Of a stretch of DNA of 56,912 nt, positions 28,923 to 38,122 are shown piece by piece. Origin of the DNA: a virus (taxonomy: Duplodnaviria; Caudoviricetes). Positions within the stretch are counted from its first letter, which is position 1, and each line of letters starts with the position of its first letter. Made by a program: the position numbers and the translations under genes. The notes beneath the pieces were generated by a model. It searched no databases and was not told where the DNA came from. It saw nothing but the letters and a program-made list of their open reading frames with translations. The stretch is from the IMG/VR virus record IMGVR_UViG_3300030117_007306, positions 1 to 56,912 of that record, one strand, 5' to 3'.

Positions 28923-29363
28923 TTATATTTTTATTTTTGCAGGGTTTCCGTAAACCGTTGAATTATCTGGAATATTTTTTGTTACAACTGCCCCCGCTCC
29001 AATTATAACGTTATCTCCAATCACCACAGGTAAGATAGTCGCGTTAGAGCCTATCCGAACATTTTCACCCACTCTGGTTTTTTTTAATTTCCATTCTTTT
29101 ACCGAAGAAGAGTCTGAGAAAACATCATTTATAAACATTACGCCATGACCGATGAAGCAGTCCCGACCTACACTGACCCCCTCACAAATAAAAGAGTGCG
29201 ATTGAACTCTTGTTCGGTCTCCTATATTAACATTTTTTTGCACTTCGACAAAAGGTCCAATAAACACGTTATCACCCAATTCGCATCCGTATATGTTACT
29301 GGGTTCAATAATTTTAACATTATTCCCTATATTGACGCCTCTATTTTTAATTTTTGACTCCAT
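28923..29363 (-). CDS. left-handed beta-helix N-acetyltransferase
   Basis: Hexapeptide repeats; IGAGAVVTKNIP, VYGNPAK. Confidence 0.9.
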   Translation of the reverse strand: MESKIKNRGVNIGNNVKIIEPSNIYGCELGDNVFIGPFVEVQKNVNIGDRTRVQSHSFICEGVSVGRDCFIGHGVMFINDVFSDSSSVKEWKLKKTRVGENVRIGSNATILPVVIGDNVIIGAGAVVTKNIPDNSTVYGNPAKIKI

Positions 29364-29380
29364 AATTTATAAAGTTATTT

Positions 29381-30058
29381 TCACTTCACAACTTTCGTCA
29401 AGAGGTCTCTAAGTTTATTTTCTTTATCTGACTGTCCGGGCAAGTGTACTACAAAATGGCCATCGTTCTCCTCGTATTTGTGGCATGGCATAACACCGGG
29501 GTCACAATCATGAATATAAGAATTAAACTCTTTGTTAGAAACGACGCTATAGCCATTCCTATATTCTTTTTTCAATCCATGTAAATCTATTTGGCCCTGT
29601 TCTGTTTCTGTCCACCAGTTTCCAACTACCGGCCCAGTTTCCCATATGTCTTTTAAAAACCTTAAAGATTTTTCGCAATTTCTGATAAAGAATGTACCTA
29701 CGTTTATTCCATTACAGTCTCTACCAACAATAAAAAAAGATTCGTCATCAACGAGGTCTTCTAACTTAACATTAAAATCCATGAATAATGCGTCTGTGTC
29801 TATCCAAAAAATCCAATCGATCGTAGGGTTGTCTCTAAGAATATTTTCCAGAAGCTTTATTTTAGACCAGCCTACAGCAATATTAGCAGGAGGCAGCCCG
29901 GTGCAAGGGATATCGCCTTTAGAAAGATCTAAATATTTATGAGAATTAATCTCTATATACTTATAGCCATGCTTGGCACAATAATCTTTTTTGTTCTGTG
30001 TGGTTACCTCAGCTTGCGCTCTGTGGTTTTCCGTGAAAACATGTAAAACTCCAAACAT
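29381..30058 (-). CDS. GT34 (GMA12/MNN10-like) glycosyltransferase
   Basis: YCAKHGY, WSKI, WIFWIDTDALF, INVGTF, EQ, VHLPG. Confidence 0.82.
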   Translation of the reverse strand: MFGVLHVFTENHRAQAEVTTQNKKDYCAKHGYKYIEINSHKYLDLSKGDIPCTGLPPANIAVGWSKIKLLENILRDNPTIDWIFWIDTDALFMDFNVKLEDLVDDESFFIVGRDCNGINVGTFFIRNCEKSLRFLKDIWETGPVVGNWWTETEQGQIDLHGLKKEYRNGYSVVSNKEFNSYIHDCDPGVMPCHKYEENDGHFVVHLPGQSDKENKLRDLLTKVVK

Positions 30059-30059
30059 A

Positions 30060-31160
30060 TTATATTGTAAAATAACTTGCGTACTCCTTAACTTTTTTAT
30101 GAGCCCCAGATCCGTATGGTATATTATACTCTAATGAATAAGGAATTTCTACTTTTTCTAAATTTAAATCAGAAAATACATGAGGCAGTTCGTGCTCATT
30201 TTCTGAATTGACTAAATCATTCAACATAATTATTTTAGAATCTTTCTCAAAGGTCTGAATAAAGTCTTTTCTGTATTTAGAAAAATTACAATTTGGGACA
30301 TCTGGAGATATCTCCAGAATAACTGGTTTTTTAAGCCCCTCCGCTATAGCTAGAGGAGAGCTTTGATTACATAAATGCATTTTGCCTAGCTCAATAGCGA
30401 TAGCTACGTCATATAGGTCTTGGGTTTGGATTGTATCAACCTCACATACCTGCTCGCAAAAAGATTCATGCTCATCAGGCAGCCCTAAAAAACAAAAGTT
30501 TTCAGCGCCAAGCCTGTCTATAACCTTCTTCATAATGCTGGAAGTAGCGTTGTGCCTATTTGATCGGCTAACTGTATACTTTTTATCGTGTAAAGCTGGG
30601 ATAGATTCCGGCAAGTCTAACCAACGATCTGTCAAAGTCGACTTTGGTAGGTCAAACCTCTCTACGATTGACTCGAGCAACGTTGAAAAGTGCGAATCGT
30701 ATTCAGAAGGAAGCCAGTATAGGTTAGGCATGTAGTTTACATAGCTTTCTGTATCTGGCTTATCGAAAGTTAGTTCTTTTATGACAGGTTGGCCTAGCAG
30801 CTCTGAATAGTGGTCTATTAAAGACACGTTTAAATTAACAGAATCTTCTTTCGACGACTCTTTAGAAACTTTCTTGAAAAAGAATTTGCTGACTTCAAAA
30901 AACTCTTTTTTGTCTAAGTTTCTGATAAGGTCAGAATCATGAAAAAAAGCTCTATACATATTTCTTGAGATATGACCAAAAGACTTTATGTATGACTGTT
31001 GAAATAAAAGTCTTGCTAAAAGGTCTGGCTTTTTCTCTGTAGGAGTCTGGTGGTTTGGATCTGCATTTACAGGAAATATAAAGCCAGCGCTTCTGAATTT
31101 CTTTAGGAGAGGCAAAGCATAAATCGAATCCCCGCAATCGGCATTAATTAAAACATTCAT
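30060..31160 (-). CDS. GT9-like (GT-B) glycosyltransferase
   Basis: GDSIYALP...HLCNQSSPLAIAEGLKKP. Confidence 0.6.
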   Translation of the reverse strand: MNVLINADCGDSIYALPLLKKFRSAGFIFPVNADPNHQTPTEKKPDLLARLLFQQSYIKSFGHISRNMYRAFFHDSDLIRNLDKKEFFEVSKFFFKKVSKESSKEDSVNLNVSLIDHYSELLGQPVIKELTFDKPDTESYVNYMPNLYWLPSEYDSHFSTLLESIVERFDLPKSTLTDRWLDLPESIPALHDKKYTVSRSNRHNATSSIMKKVIDRLGAENFCFLGLPDEHESFCEQVCEVDTIQTQDLYDVAIAIELGKMHLCNQSSPLAIAEGLKKPVILEISPDVPNCNFSKYRKDFIQTFEKDSKIIMLNDLVNSENEHELPHVFSDLNLEKVEIPYSLEYNIPYGSGAHKKVKEYASYFTI

Positions 31161-31162
31161 AA

Positions 31163-31960
31163 CTAGCTCCAGTACCCTATATCAGCAATTAACTCTTTGT
31201 GAGTTTGTTTTATCCTGTCGGACAAGCTTTGACACTTTATAGGTAAGTCTCTATATCTCGAAGTATATTCCGCATCTTCGCCCGCTTCTAGTATTTTTAT
31301 TTTTTTAGAATATGATTGGTCTAATTTCGATATTTCTTTACATATATCAAAAAGATTAATTTTATCTTTATAACAACAGTCTACAACTTTAGGAAGGTTT
31401 TCGGAGAAAATATAAAAATTTATCAATTTTAAAATATCATCCATGTGAAAAAAATCCATATATTTATTTTTATGGACCACCATGTCTTCGTTGTATATCA
31501 GCTTCAATAAGTTTGATTTTATAAACCTAGTATTTAACTCGCCATAGTTAAATAAGCCATATATTCTTAAATTATAAAAATAATCATTCTTCTTGATAGA
31601 TTCGTAAATAATTTTTTTACTAAAACCGTAAGCAGTGTTCGTTTTGTATAACTCTGCGCCTGAGCCAAAAGATATAAATTTATGATATGATTTTCTATTG
31701 TCTAGCAGGTTGTAGTACATTCTAAGATTGTCATTCAAAACTGTACTTTCATCTTCTTTTAACCTGCTCCCTCCTTTGGCTGCACAATGAATGACGCAAT
31801 CAAAATTGTCTGTCCTTGAAAAGAATTCATTTACTTGACTAGAATTTGTTAAATCAAGTACGCCTCTGTGAAGCTCTACGACGTTAAGTTGAAATTTTCT
31901 AAGATGCTGGCACAAATAACTGCCTAAAAATCCTTTCGAGCCTGTAACTAGAATATTCAC
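31163..31960 (-). CDS. NAD-dependent epimerase/reductase (extended SDR)
   Basis: VTGSKGFLG, IHCAA, SGAE, YGFSK. Confidence 0.85.
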   Translation of the reverse strand: MNILVTGSKGFLGSYLCQHLRKFQLNVVELHRGVLDLTNSSQVNEFFSRTDNFDCVIHCAAKGGSRLKEDESTVLNDNLRMYYNLLDNRKSYHKFISFGSGAELYKTNTAYGFSKKIIYESIKKNDYFYNLRIYGLFNYGELNTRFIKSNLLKLIYNEDMVVHKNKYMDFFHMDDILKLINFYIFSENLPKVVDCCYKDKINLFDICKEISKLDQSYSKKIKILEAGEDAEYTSRYRDLPIKCQSLSDRIKQTHKELIADIGYWS

Positions 31961-32436
31961 TTTTCAAGATTTATATAAGTGGGTCGACGAGGAAAATCTA
32001 AAATTATTTTTTTAATAGATTCTGCGTCCAAGTTTTCTTTTTTATATTTTTTTATGTTATCAAATGTAGATAATATATCTAAGTCATCGTGAGCCCAATG
32101 AGAATACCCTAGCTTGCCATAGTCTTTGTCTCTGCCTCCGCCTACTAGAGTAATCGGTATTTTATCTTTGTCTAAAAAATTTCTTATCAACTCAAAAGGC
32201 CTGTATAATAAAAATGGAGTAATGGAATAAACTACAGGTATTTTATTAGATAAAGCCATACCGCAAGCCATGCCTATAGCCAACTGCTCGCAAGAGCCGG
32301 TATTGATAAATCTGTCAGGGTAATCAATTTTAATTTTGTCCCACAAACCATAACCAAGGTCAGCAGTGAGTAAACAAATAGGTTGATTTTTACCCATCAA
32401 ATCATGTAATATTTCAGCGAATTCTTTTCTTTTCAT
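31957..32436 (-). CDS. transketolase-like pyrimidine-binding subunit
   Basis: LTADLG, PDRFINTGSCEQ, YSITPF, RPFELIR, GYSH. Confidence 0.85.
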   Translation of the reverse strand: MKRKEFAEILHDLMGKNQPICLLTADLGYGLWDKIKIDYPDRFINTGSCEQLAIGMACGMALSNKIPVVYSITPFLLYRPFELIRNFLDKDKIPITLVGGGRDKDYGKLGYSHWAHDDLDILSTFDNIKKYKKENLDAESIKKIILDFPRRPTYINLEK

Positions 32437-32440
32437 TTAG

Positions 32441-33124
32441 TCAAAAAACCTCTGTGCTATAATAATCTTCGCAATATTGCTCGTATGCGTCCGCGTGAGC
32501 GAGAGCTTTATTATAGTCTTCTTCAGACATTATGTGATAATGAGCATTAAGTCCTTTTAGGCAAGGCGTATCAAGAAAATCTGTTTCGTAAAAATATAAC
32601 TGCCTATCTGGCACAAAAGCTGCAAGTTTTTTTCTAAGATCCACCAAGTCAACAGAATCATAAGCGCAATAACCGTTCGCGTTCACATATATATTTATGT
32701 TTTTAATATTATTTTTAGATATAAAATTTAGAGATTCCCAAACAGAGCCTTCTGCGCACTCTCCGTCAGATATGATACAATGGACTTTTCTATCAGGATT
32801 AGATACAGCGTAACCAACCGCAACAGTTATACCCAATCCCAAGCTGCCTGTTGAGCAGTCTATACCTGACCTTGGATCTAAGTTGGGGTGACACCCATGC
32901 TTTTCTAAAAGAGCCTCTGCGTTTTCATCTTCGAACGCCTCAAGACAACAGTATAGAGCTACTGACGAATGCCCGCAGGAAAGCACGACTTTATCTGCGG
33001 GATGCTTGTCGCTAAATATTCTATGAAGAATAGGCAGGCAGCTTATGTAGCTGCCTATATGACTCAACTTGTTTTTGTAGCATATACCAAGAATTTGTTT
33101 TTGTATTTTATGAATAGAGGTCAT
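32441..33124 (-). CDS. transketolase-like N-terminal ThDP-binding subunit
   Basis: SHIGS, LSCGH, STGSLGLG, SDGECAEGSVWE...N. Confidence 0.88.
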   Translation of the reverse strand: MTSIHKIQKQILGICYKNKLSHIGSYISCLPILHRIFSDKHPADKVVLSCGHSSVALYCCLEAFEDENAEALLEKHGCHPNLDPRSGIDCSTGSLGLGITVAVGYAVSNPDRKVHCIISDGECAEGSVWESLNFISKNNIKNINIYVNANGYCAYDSVDLVDLRKKLAAFVPDRQLYFYETDFLDTPCLKGLNAHYHIMSEEDYNKALAHADAYEQYCEDYYSTEVF

Positions 33125-33125
33125 T

Positions 33126-34121
33126 CTACCAAGTGAATTTATTTTTATGATTATCCACTATATCGGAAATTTCGTGTTTAAAAATTTTATTAGGCTTCCA
33201 CCCTAGACTTCTAAGTTTTGAATCATCTAAAGCGTACCTAACATCTTGACCAGCTCTGCTGTAAGAGTAGTCTATATAATCATCATGACGTATAGAAGAC
33301 AACGCACCTAACATCTCGTCATCATTGTCTTCGGTTCCTTTTTTGAAAAAACATTCAATGACTTGTTTTACAGCTTCTATATTTTTCTGCTCAAACCCGC
33401 CACATATATTATATATTTCATTAACTACATTTTTTTCTATAATCTTCATAACAGCAGAGGCTGTATCGTCTGCATGTAGCCAATTTCTAACAGGATCACC
33501 ATTATTATGCAGAGGAATTTTCCTACCTAAGCTAAGATACTTAATAGCTTTAGGTAAAAGTTTTTCTACATACTGGCCTAACCCATAATTATTTGTAGGC
33601 CTAAGAATTACATAGTTAAGGTTATACGTTCTGGACCAAGCTAGAATTAACATATCGGCCGCAGCTTTAGTGGCAGAATACGGGTTGCTAGGTTTTAGCA
33701 AATCTTTTTCAGAGTGCACTCCCTCAGAAATATCCCCATAAACTTCATCCGTGCTAAAATGAATTAAAGTAGGTTTGTGGCTGTGCTCTCCCCTATGCCT
33801 CCGCAATAGCTCTAAAATATTATGAACTCCATTTACGTTAGAGTTGACGAAATCTTTGCTGCATACGATAGAATTTCCAACATGGGTTTCTGCTGCAATA
33901 TTTATAAAGTAATCACAATCATACAGAAATTCAATATCATTAATATTTTTATTTTCAAAAACAAAGTTATCGCTTTTATTAAATTCTGCCAAGTACTCTT
34001 TATTCGCAGCATAGGAAATGCAGTCTACTCCTCTCACGTAAAAACCGGCGTCCAAACACTTTCTAGTTACATAAGAGCCTATAAATCCTAGACAGCCGGT
34101 GATGTATACAATTTTAGACAC
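33126..34121 (-). CDS. rmlB: NDP-glucose 4,6-dehydratase (RmlB-like)
   Basis: TGCLGFIG, AAETHV, STDEVYG, PSNPYSATKA, NNYG, RAGQDVRY. Confidence 0.88.
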   Translation of the reverse strand: MSKIVYITGCLGFIGSYVTRKCLDAGFYVRGVDCISYAANKEYLAEFNKSDNFVFENKNINDIEFLYDCDYFINIAAETHVGNSIVCSKDFVNSNVNGVHNILELLRRHRGEHSHKPTLIHFSTDEVYGDISEGVHSEKDLLKPSNPYSATKAAADMLILAWSRTYNLNYVILRPTNNYGLGQYVEKLLPKAIKYLSLGRKIPLHNNGDPVRNWLHADDTASAVMKIIEKNVVNEIYNICGGFEQKNIEAVKQVIECFFKKGTEDNDDEMLGALSSIRHDDYIDYSYSRAGQDVRYALDDSKLRSLGWKPNKIFKHEISDIVDNHKNKFTW

Positions 34122-34129
34122 TCTTTATT

Positions 34130-35452
34130 CTATAAATTTTTTATGAAATAATCCAATTTTTCTTCCACGTAATCTATCTGCTCTTTTGTAATAACTGGAC
34201 TTGTACCTAAAAAGAAAGTGTCTGTCGTTACCTTTCTAGCGTTTGGATAATCTCTAGCTATTGTCTTGTAGTCCATGTATCCCTTGTAGGCAGGCTGAAG
34301 CATAATGTTGCCAGCAAAATAAGGTCTCGTTTGAATTTTGTTATCCTCTAGGTAGCTGACAATTTGATTTCTAGTAAATGGAGCGCCATCTTTTATAGTT
34401 ACCGCAAAAGCAAACCAATTTGGATCGCTACCTTCTTGAGCTTTTGGGAGGATGAAGTGCTCTTCATGTTTTGAAAAAGCTTTACATAGATCGGCATGAT
34501 TTTCTTTTCTTCTTTGTGTTATAGAAGGGAGTTTTTTAAGCTGCTCTAAACCCATTGCCGCTTGAACTTCTATAGGTTTTAGATTGTAACCAATTTCGTC
34601 ATAAACATATTTGTGGTCAAATATTTGATCTGGAATTGATTCTAACCAATTATCAAATCGTCTACCGCAAGAACCTTTTTTAGATAAACCAGCTTTTTTA
34701 CCAACGCAATAACAACCTCTGCCCCACTCACGCAAACTTCTAGCTACTGTTTCTTTTAAGTGGGTATCAGTTGCAACAAACCCTCCCTCACCCATGGTTA
34801 TATGATGGGCCGGATAAAACGAGCATGAAGAAAACTCTCCAAAGCTGCCTAACCTCTTGCCTTTGTAAGTGGAGTCTAAGGCATCACAACAATCCTCTAA
34901 TAAAAGTAAATTATTGTCTTTTACAATTTCCATTAACTTATCCATATTAGGAGGATTTCCTAATACATGAGCAAAAGTAATTACTTTAGCGCCCAACTTA
35001 ACCTTCTCCTCTACCTGTTCTAGATTAAGGTTTAAAGTATCTAAGTCAATATCTACGAAAGTTGGTAAAAAGTCAGATTGAAAAATAGGGTTAACAGTAG
35101 TAGGGAAACCTGCTATTGGAGTTATTACTCTAGTGCCGTCCGGCAAGCCATAAGTCCTACGAGACTTCAAGGCCTGCATCATAATTAAATTAGAACTACT
35201 GCCACTATTGGTCAATACCCCAAAGTCGCACCCAAGAATTTTAGAAAACTTTTTCTCAAAGTCCAAACCTTTATGACCGAGAACTAACCAACCCTCTAAA
35301 ATAGTTTTAACGGCAGCCACTGCCTCATGCTCATCAAAAACAGGGCCAGCATATTGCACAAAATCTTTTCCTTTCTCCCATTTTTTATCAGAGAGTTTTT
35401 CTTGCTCGTACTCTTTGACTTTGTCTAAAATATCTTTTAATTTATCGCTCAT
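34130..35452 (-). CDS. rfbH: NDP-4-keto-6-deoxyglucose 3-dehydratase (RfbH/DdhC, E1)
   Basis: SFYPAHHITMGEGG (His in place of the PLP Lys), WGRGCYC...GSC Fe-S motif, DHKY. Confidence 0.9.
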   Translation of the reverse strand: MSDKLKDILDKVKEYEQEKLSDKKWEKGKDFVQYAGPVFDEHEAVAAVKTILEGWLVLGHKGLDFEKKFSKILGCDFGVLTNSGSSSNLIMMQALKSRRTYGLPDGTRVITPIAGFPTTVNPIFQSDFLPTFVDIDLDTLNLNLEQVEEKVKLGAKVITFAHVLGNPPNMDKLMEIVKDNNLLLLEDCCDALDSTYKGKRLGSFGEFSSCSFYPAHHITMGEGGFVATDTHLKETVARSLREWGRGCYCVGKKAGLSKKGSCGRRFDNWLESIPDQIFDHKYVYDEIGYNLKPIEVQAAMGLEQLKKLPSITQRRKENHADLCKAFSKHEEHFILPKAQEGSDPNWFAFAVTIKDGAPFTRNQIVSYLEDNKIQTRPYFAGNIMLQPAYKGYMDYKTIARDYPNARKVTTDTFFLGTSPVITKEQIDYVEEKLDYFIKNL

Positions 35453-36174
35453 ATTAAATCGCTTATTTGTTTCAAAACCTGCATTCTAAACTCATTTGGT
35501 AATCCCGGCATATGAAGCATAAAATCGCCTTTAGCCCAACTGCCATCTCTACCTTTGTAATCTAAACCTTTCTGATGATAAGGACTTGGATAGACATGAT
35601 ATAGATAAGAGTTCATTGATTTTTGAGGTAATTCTTTTACAAAATTTTTGTATTCTGATTTAACCTCAGGAATAAACATTTTTTCTTTGCACTCCAAAAT
35701 AACTGCTCCCTGCTCTGCCCAAGCTGCGCCTCCTCCATCTTTTAAAACGTATCCTAAATGTCTAGGTTTACCATCCTCATCGATATAGTCATCATACTGA
35801 GATATAATTTTTTCTAAGAATTTTATACATTTTTCTGAGTTCCTAACAAAGAAACAATCTAAATTCCAATCCCAAATATCGCAAGTAACAATTAAATGAT
35901 AATTCTCATCAATAAGAGACTCTAATTTTATTTGCGGATTAGTTATTAATGTGTCAGCGCCGCACCAAAAAACCCAATCATAGTTATTTGATTTTAATAT
36001 ATCTAATAAGAAATGAATTTTGGCAAAACCAATATCCTTGCAGGGAAAATCTTTGGTTTTAGTTTTTAAAGTGTAGCCGTGTCTGTCGCAATAACTTCTT
36101 TTATTTTGATTAACTGTTATTTCAGCCATTTCAATAATGGCTTCATTATATATACTAGCTACTGCTATGTTCAT
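35449..36174 (-). CDS. GT34-like glycosyltransferase
   Basis: YCDRHGY, DWVFWCGADTLITN, WAEQ, GDFMLHMPG; paralog of 29381-30058. Confidence 0.75.
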   Translation of the reverse strand: MNIAVASIYNEAIIEMAEITVNQNKRSYCDRHGYTLKTKTKDFPCKDIGFAKIHFLLDILKSNNYDWVFWCGADTLITNPQIKLESLIDENYHLIVTCDIWDWNLDCFFVRNSEKCIKFLEKIISQYDDYIDEDGKPRHLGYVLKDGGGAAWAEQGAVILECKEKMFIPEVKSEYKNFVKELPQKSMNSYLYHVYPSPYHQKGLDYKGRDGSWAKGDFMLHMPGLPNEFRMQVLKQISDLI

Positions 36175-36899
36175 TTAAAATAGATTATCTTTTCGTTATA
36201 GGGAAAAATGTAATTTGCTGCGTATACGCCTATCTCCACATAACAATTTAAACCTAACCCTTTCGCTATAGCACAAGGTAATGACTCGTTGCCAACGAAA
36301 ACATCGTGCTCGTTTATTTTTTCAACCAAGTCTTGCCCAGATTTTGCAGTATAATAATTTAAATCTTTTCCTATTAAGTTTTTAAAGTCCTCGTACTCTT
36401 CGTCTATCCCTACAAAAGTTATATCTTCATCATTAAAGCACTGTAGGATATTTTTTATAAATATAGGAGACTTAGGCGTGCCTCTGTATCTCAAGCTTCT
36501 TGATATGCATAACTTTTTTCTTTTTAAAAGAAAGTTTTCCTGAGACTGTTTTACTTTGCAATCAAGCCATGGTTCATTCAAAAAGCTGGCAGTTATTGGT
36601 ATTTCAAATTTAGAAGCATGATAGTCAACTAAATTGGTGCCTACTGCGACTTCAAAATTTTGTGGATGCTTGCCGTAATCTATGTCAAAGTCAGGAAGAG
36701 GGTCTTCTTTACTGTGGATAGAAACTTGTTTTATAAAATCTTGAGACTCAAAAACATCTTTTATAAACTCTGCATTCTCCAAGTTGAACTTGTTAGGCCC
36801 CGAGTCGGAAAGTATAACCTTTTCATATTTTAAATGCCTCAAGATCTGTATTGAGTAAACACAGTCTCCCATGTCCATTGCTATTAAAGCAGTCTTCAT
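36171..36899 (-). CDS. GT9-like glycosyltransferase
   Basis: MGDCVYSI...FVGNESLPCAIAKGLG; paralog of 30060-31160. Confidence 0.6.
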   Translation of the reverse strand: MKTALIAMDMGDCVYSIQILRHLKYEKVILSDSGPNKFNLENAEFIKDVFESQDFIKQVSIHSKEDPLPDFDIDYGKHPQNFEVAVGTNLVDYHASKFEIPITASFLNEPWLDCKVKQSQENFLLKRKKLCISRSLRYRGTPKSPIFIKNILQCFNDEDITFVGIDEEYEDFKNLIGKDLNYYTAKSGQDLVEKINEHDVFVGNESLPCAIAKGLGLNCYVEIGVYAANYIFPYNEKIIYFK

Positions 36900-36902
36900 T
36901 TA

Positions 36903-37451
36903 TTAGTCTAAAAGATGTTGTATTGATTCAAAAATTTCCAAAGGCCTGACATTATTTATGCAAGGATTTGCCTCTCTCGAATTGTAAGAAGGTCTAGCTG
37001 TATTCAAAGGTGCTTGAATTAACCTTAGCTTACTCATTTTAGTAAAAAAGGGATAGCACTGCTCTTTATAAGTGTGAGAGTAGACTATAACGCTAGGAAT
37101 TTCAAAACAAGAAGCTAGATGAGCTGGAAAACTATCTATACCAAAATGTAATTTAGCTCTTTTAATTAAAAATGCAGACTGATTGAAGTTATTTTTGCCT
37201 ACATAATCAATGACATTTTCGTAAACAGGATTTTCTTTTGAGCTTCCTATTTGAACAATATTCAGATTTGGGTAAGTAGCCTTTGTGACATCTATGACTT
37301 CTTGCCAATAATTATAAGATTTAGATTGAAAATCTTTAGCTCCGTGAAAAGTCACATATTCTCCGTCAGGAATTTCACACTCCTCTTCTTCTATAAACGG
37401 TTTATCAATTCTTAAGCCACAATTAAGGGCATAGCATTCAAGAAAGTGCAT
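36903..37451 (-). CDS. GT9 C-terminal half
   Basis: IVQIGS, GKNNFNQSAFLIKRAKLHFGIDSFPAHLASCF. Confidence 0.75.
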   Translation of the reverse strand: MHFLECYALNCGLRIDKPFIEEEECEIPDGEYVTFHGAKDFQSKSYNYWQEVIDVTKATYPNLNIVQIGSSKENPVYENVIDYVGKNNFNQSAFLIKRAKLHFGIDSFPAHLASCFEIPSVIVYSHTYKEQCYPFFTKMSKLRLIQAPLNTARPSYNSREANPCINNVRPLEIFESIQHLLD

Positions 37452-37797
37452 ATTCGTGAGAGTCTTTAAATGTTGTAATAGAGTAGGCTATTTTCGAGTG
37501 AGTATTATGTTGATAAGTCATTATAGCTTGGGAGTTTAAAAACGGTACATAAGCTATTTCATATTCTCCCTTATGCTCTGCTATACCCTCCAACTGAAAT
37601 ATGTTTCTCATATAGTCTTGATACTCTATAACTTCGTCTATATAAGGGTTATTTTTAAGTAAATCAAAAAATATTCTTTCTGTAGCAAAATGCAAAACGC
37701 ACTCTGGGTACAGCTCTTTTATAGAACGCAAAAGAGACGTACTGCAAAGTACATCTCCTGCTGATCTCGGCATTACGAATAAAATTTTACCCTTCAT
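37438..37797 (-). CDS. GT9 N-terminal half
   Basis: ILFVMPRSAGDVLCSTSLLRSIKELYP...LLKNNPYIDEVI. Confidence 0.75.
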   Translation of the reverse strand: MKGKILFVMPRSAGDVLCSTSLLRSIKELYPECVLHFATERIFFDLLKNNPYIDEVIEYQDYMRNIFQLEGIAEHKGEYEIAYVPFLNSQAIMTYQHNTHSKIAYSITTFKDSHEYALS

Positions 37798-38122
37798 CTA
37801 TATGTTTTTTGCCACCTCTTTTTTCCGAGTTTTCTTTAAAAAAGTTTTGTTTGACAGGGTCGGCTCCGTTATTTTGTTCGGCTCTTCTGGCAGACATTTC
37901 GGCAGAATGGTCCCAAAGCTCTCCATAAGTCTTAGCTTTAGTTTTGGTCACAAAATCAGCTTCAGAATTAGCGTCAATCCTGCTGTCTATAGACGCATGA
38001 GGTATAGTGTAGACTCTGTCATAAGCAACACCATTAACTTCATATTCGTGGGCTTCATGGACACTTTGCCAAACAGTTATTTGCTCTTTAGTGTCTGGAT
38101 TTTCGTAAATATACTCAGGCAT
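37787..38122 (-). CDS. FmdB-like protein lacking Zn cysteines
   Basis: MPEYIYENPDT...RVYT pattern. Confidence 0.45.
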   Translation of the reverse strand: MPEYIYENPDTKEQITVWQSVHEAHEYEVNGVAYDRVYTIPHASIDSRIDANSEADFVTKTKAKTYGELWDHSAEMSARRAEQNNGADPVKQNFFKENSEKRGGKKHIDEG

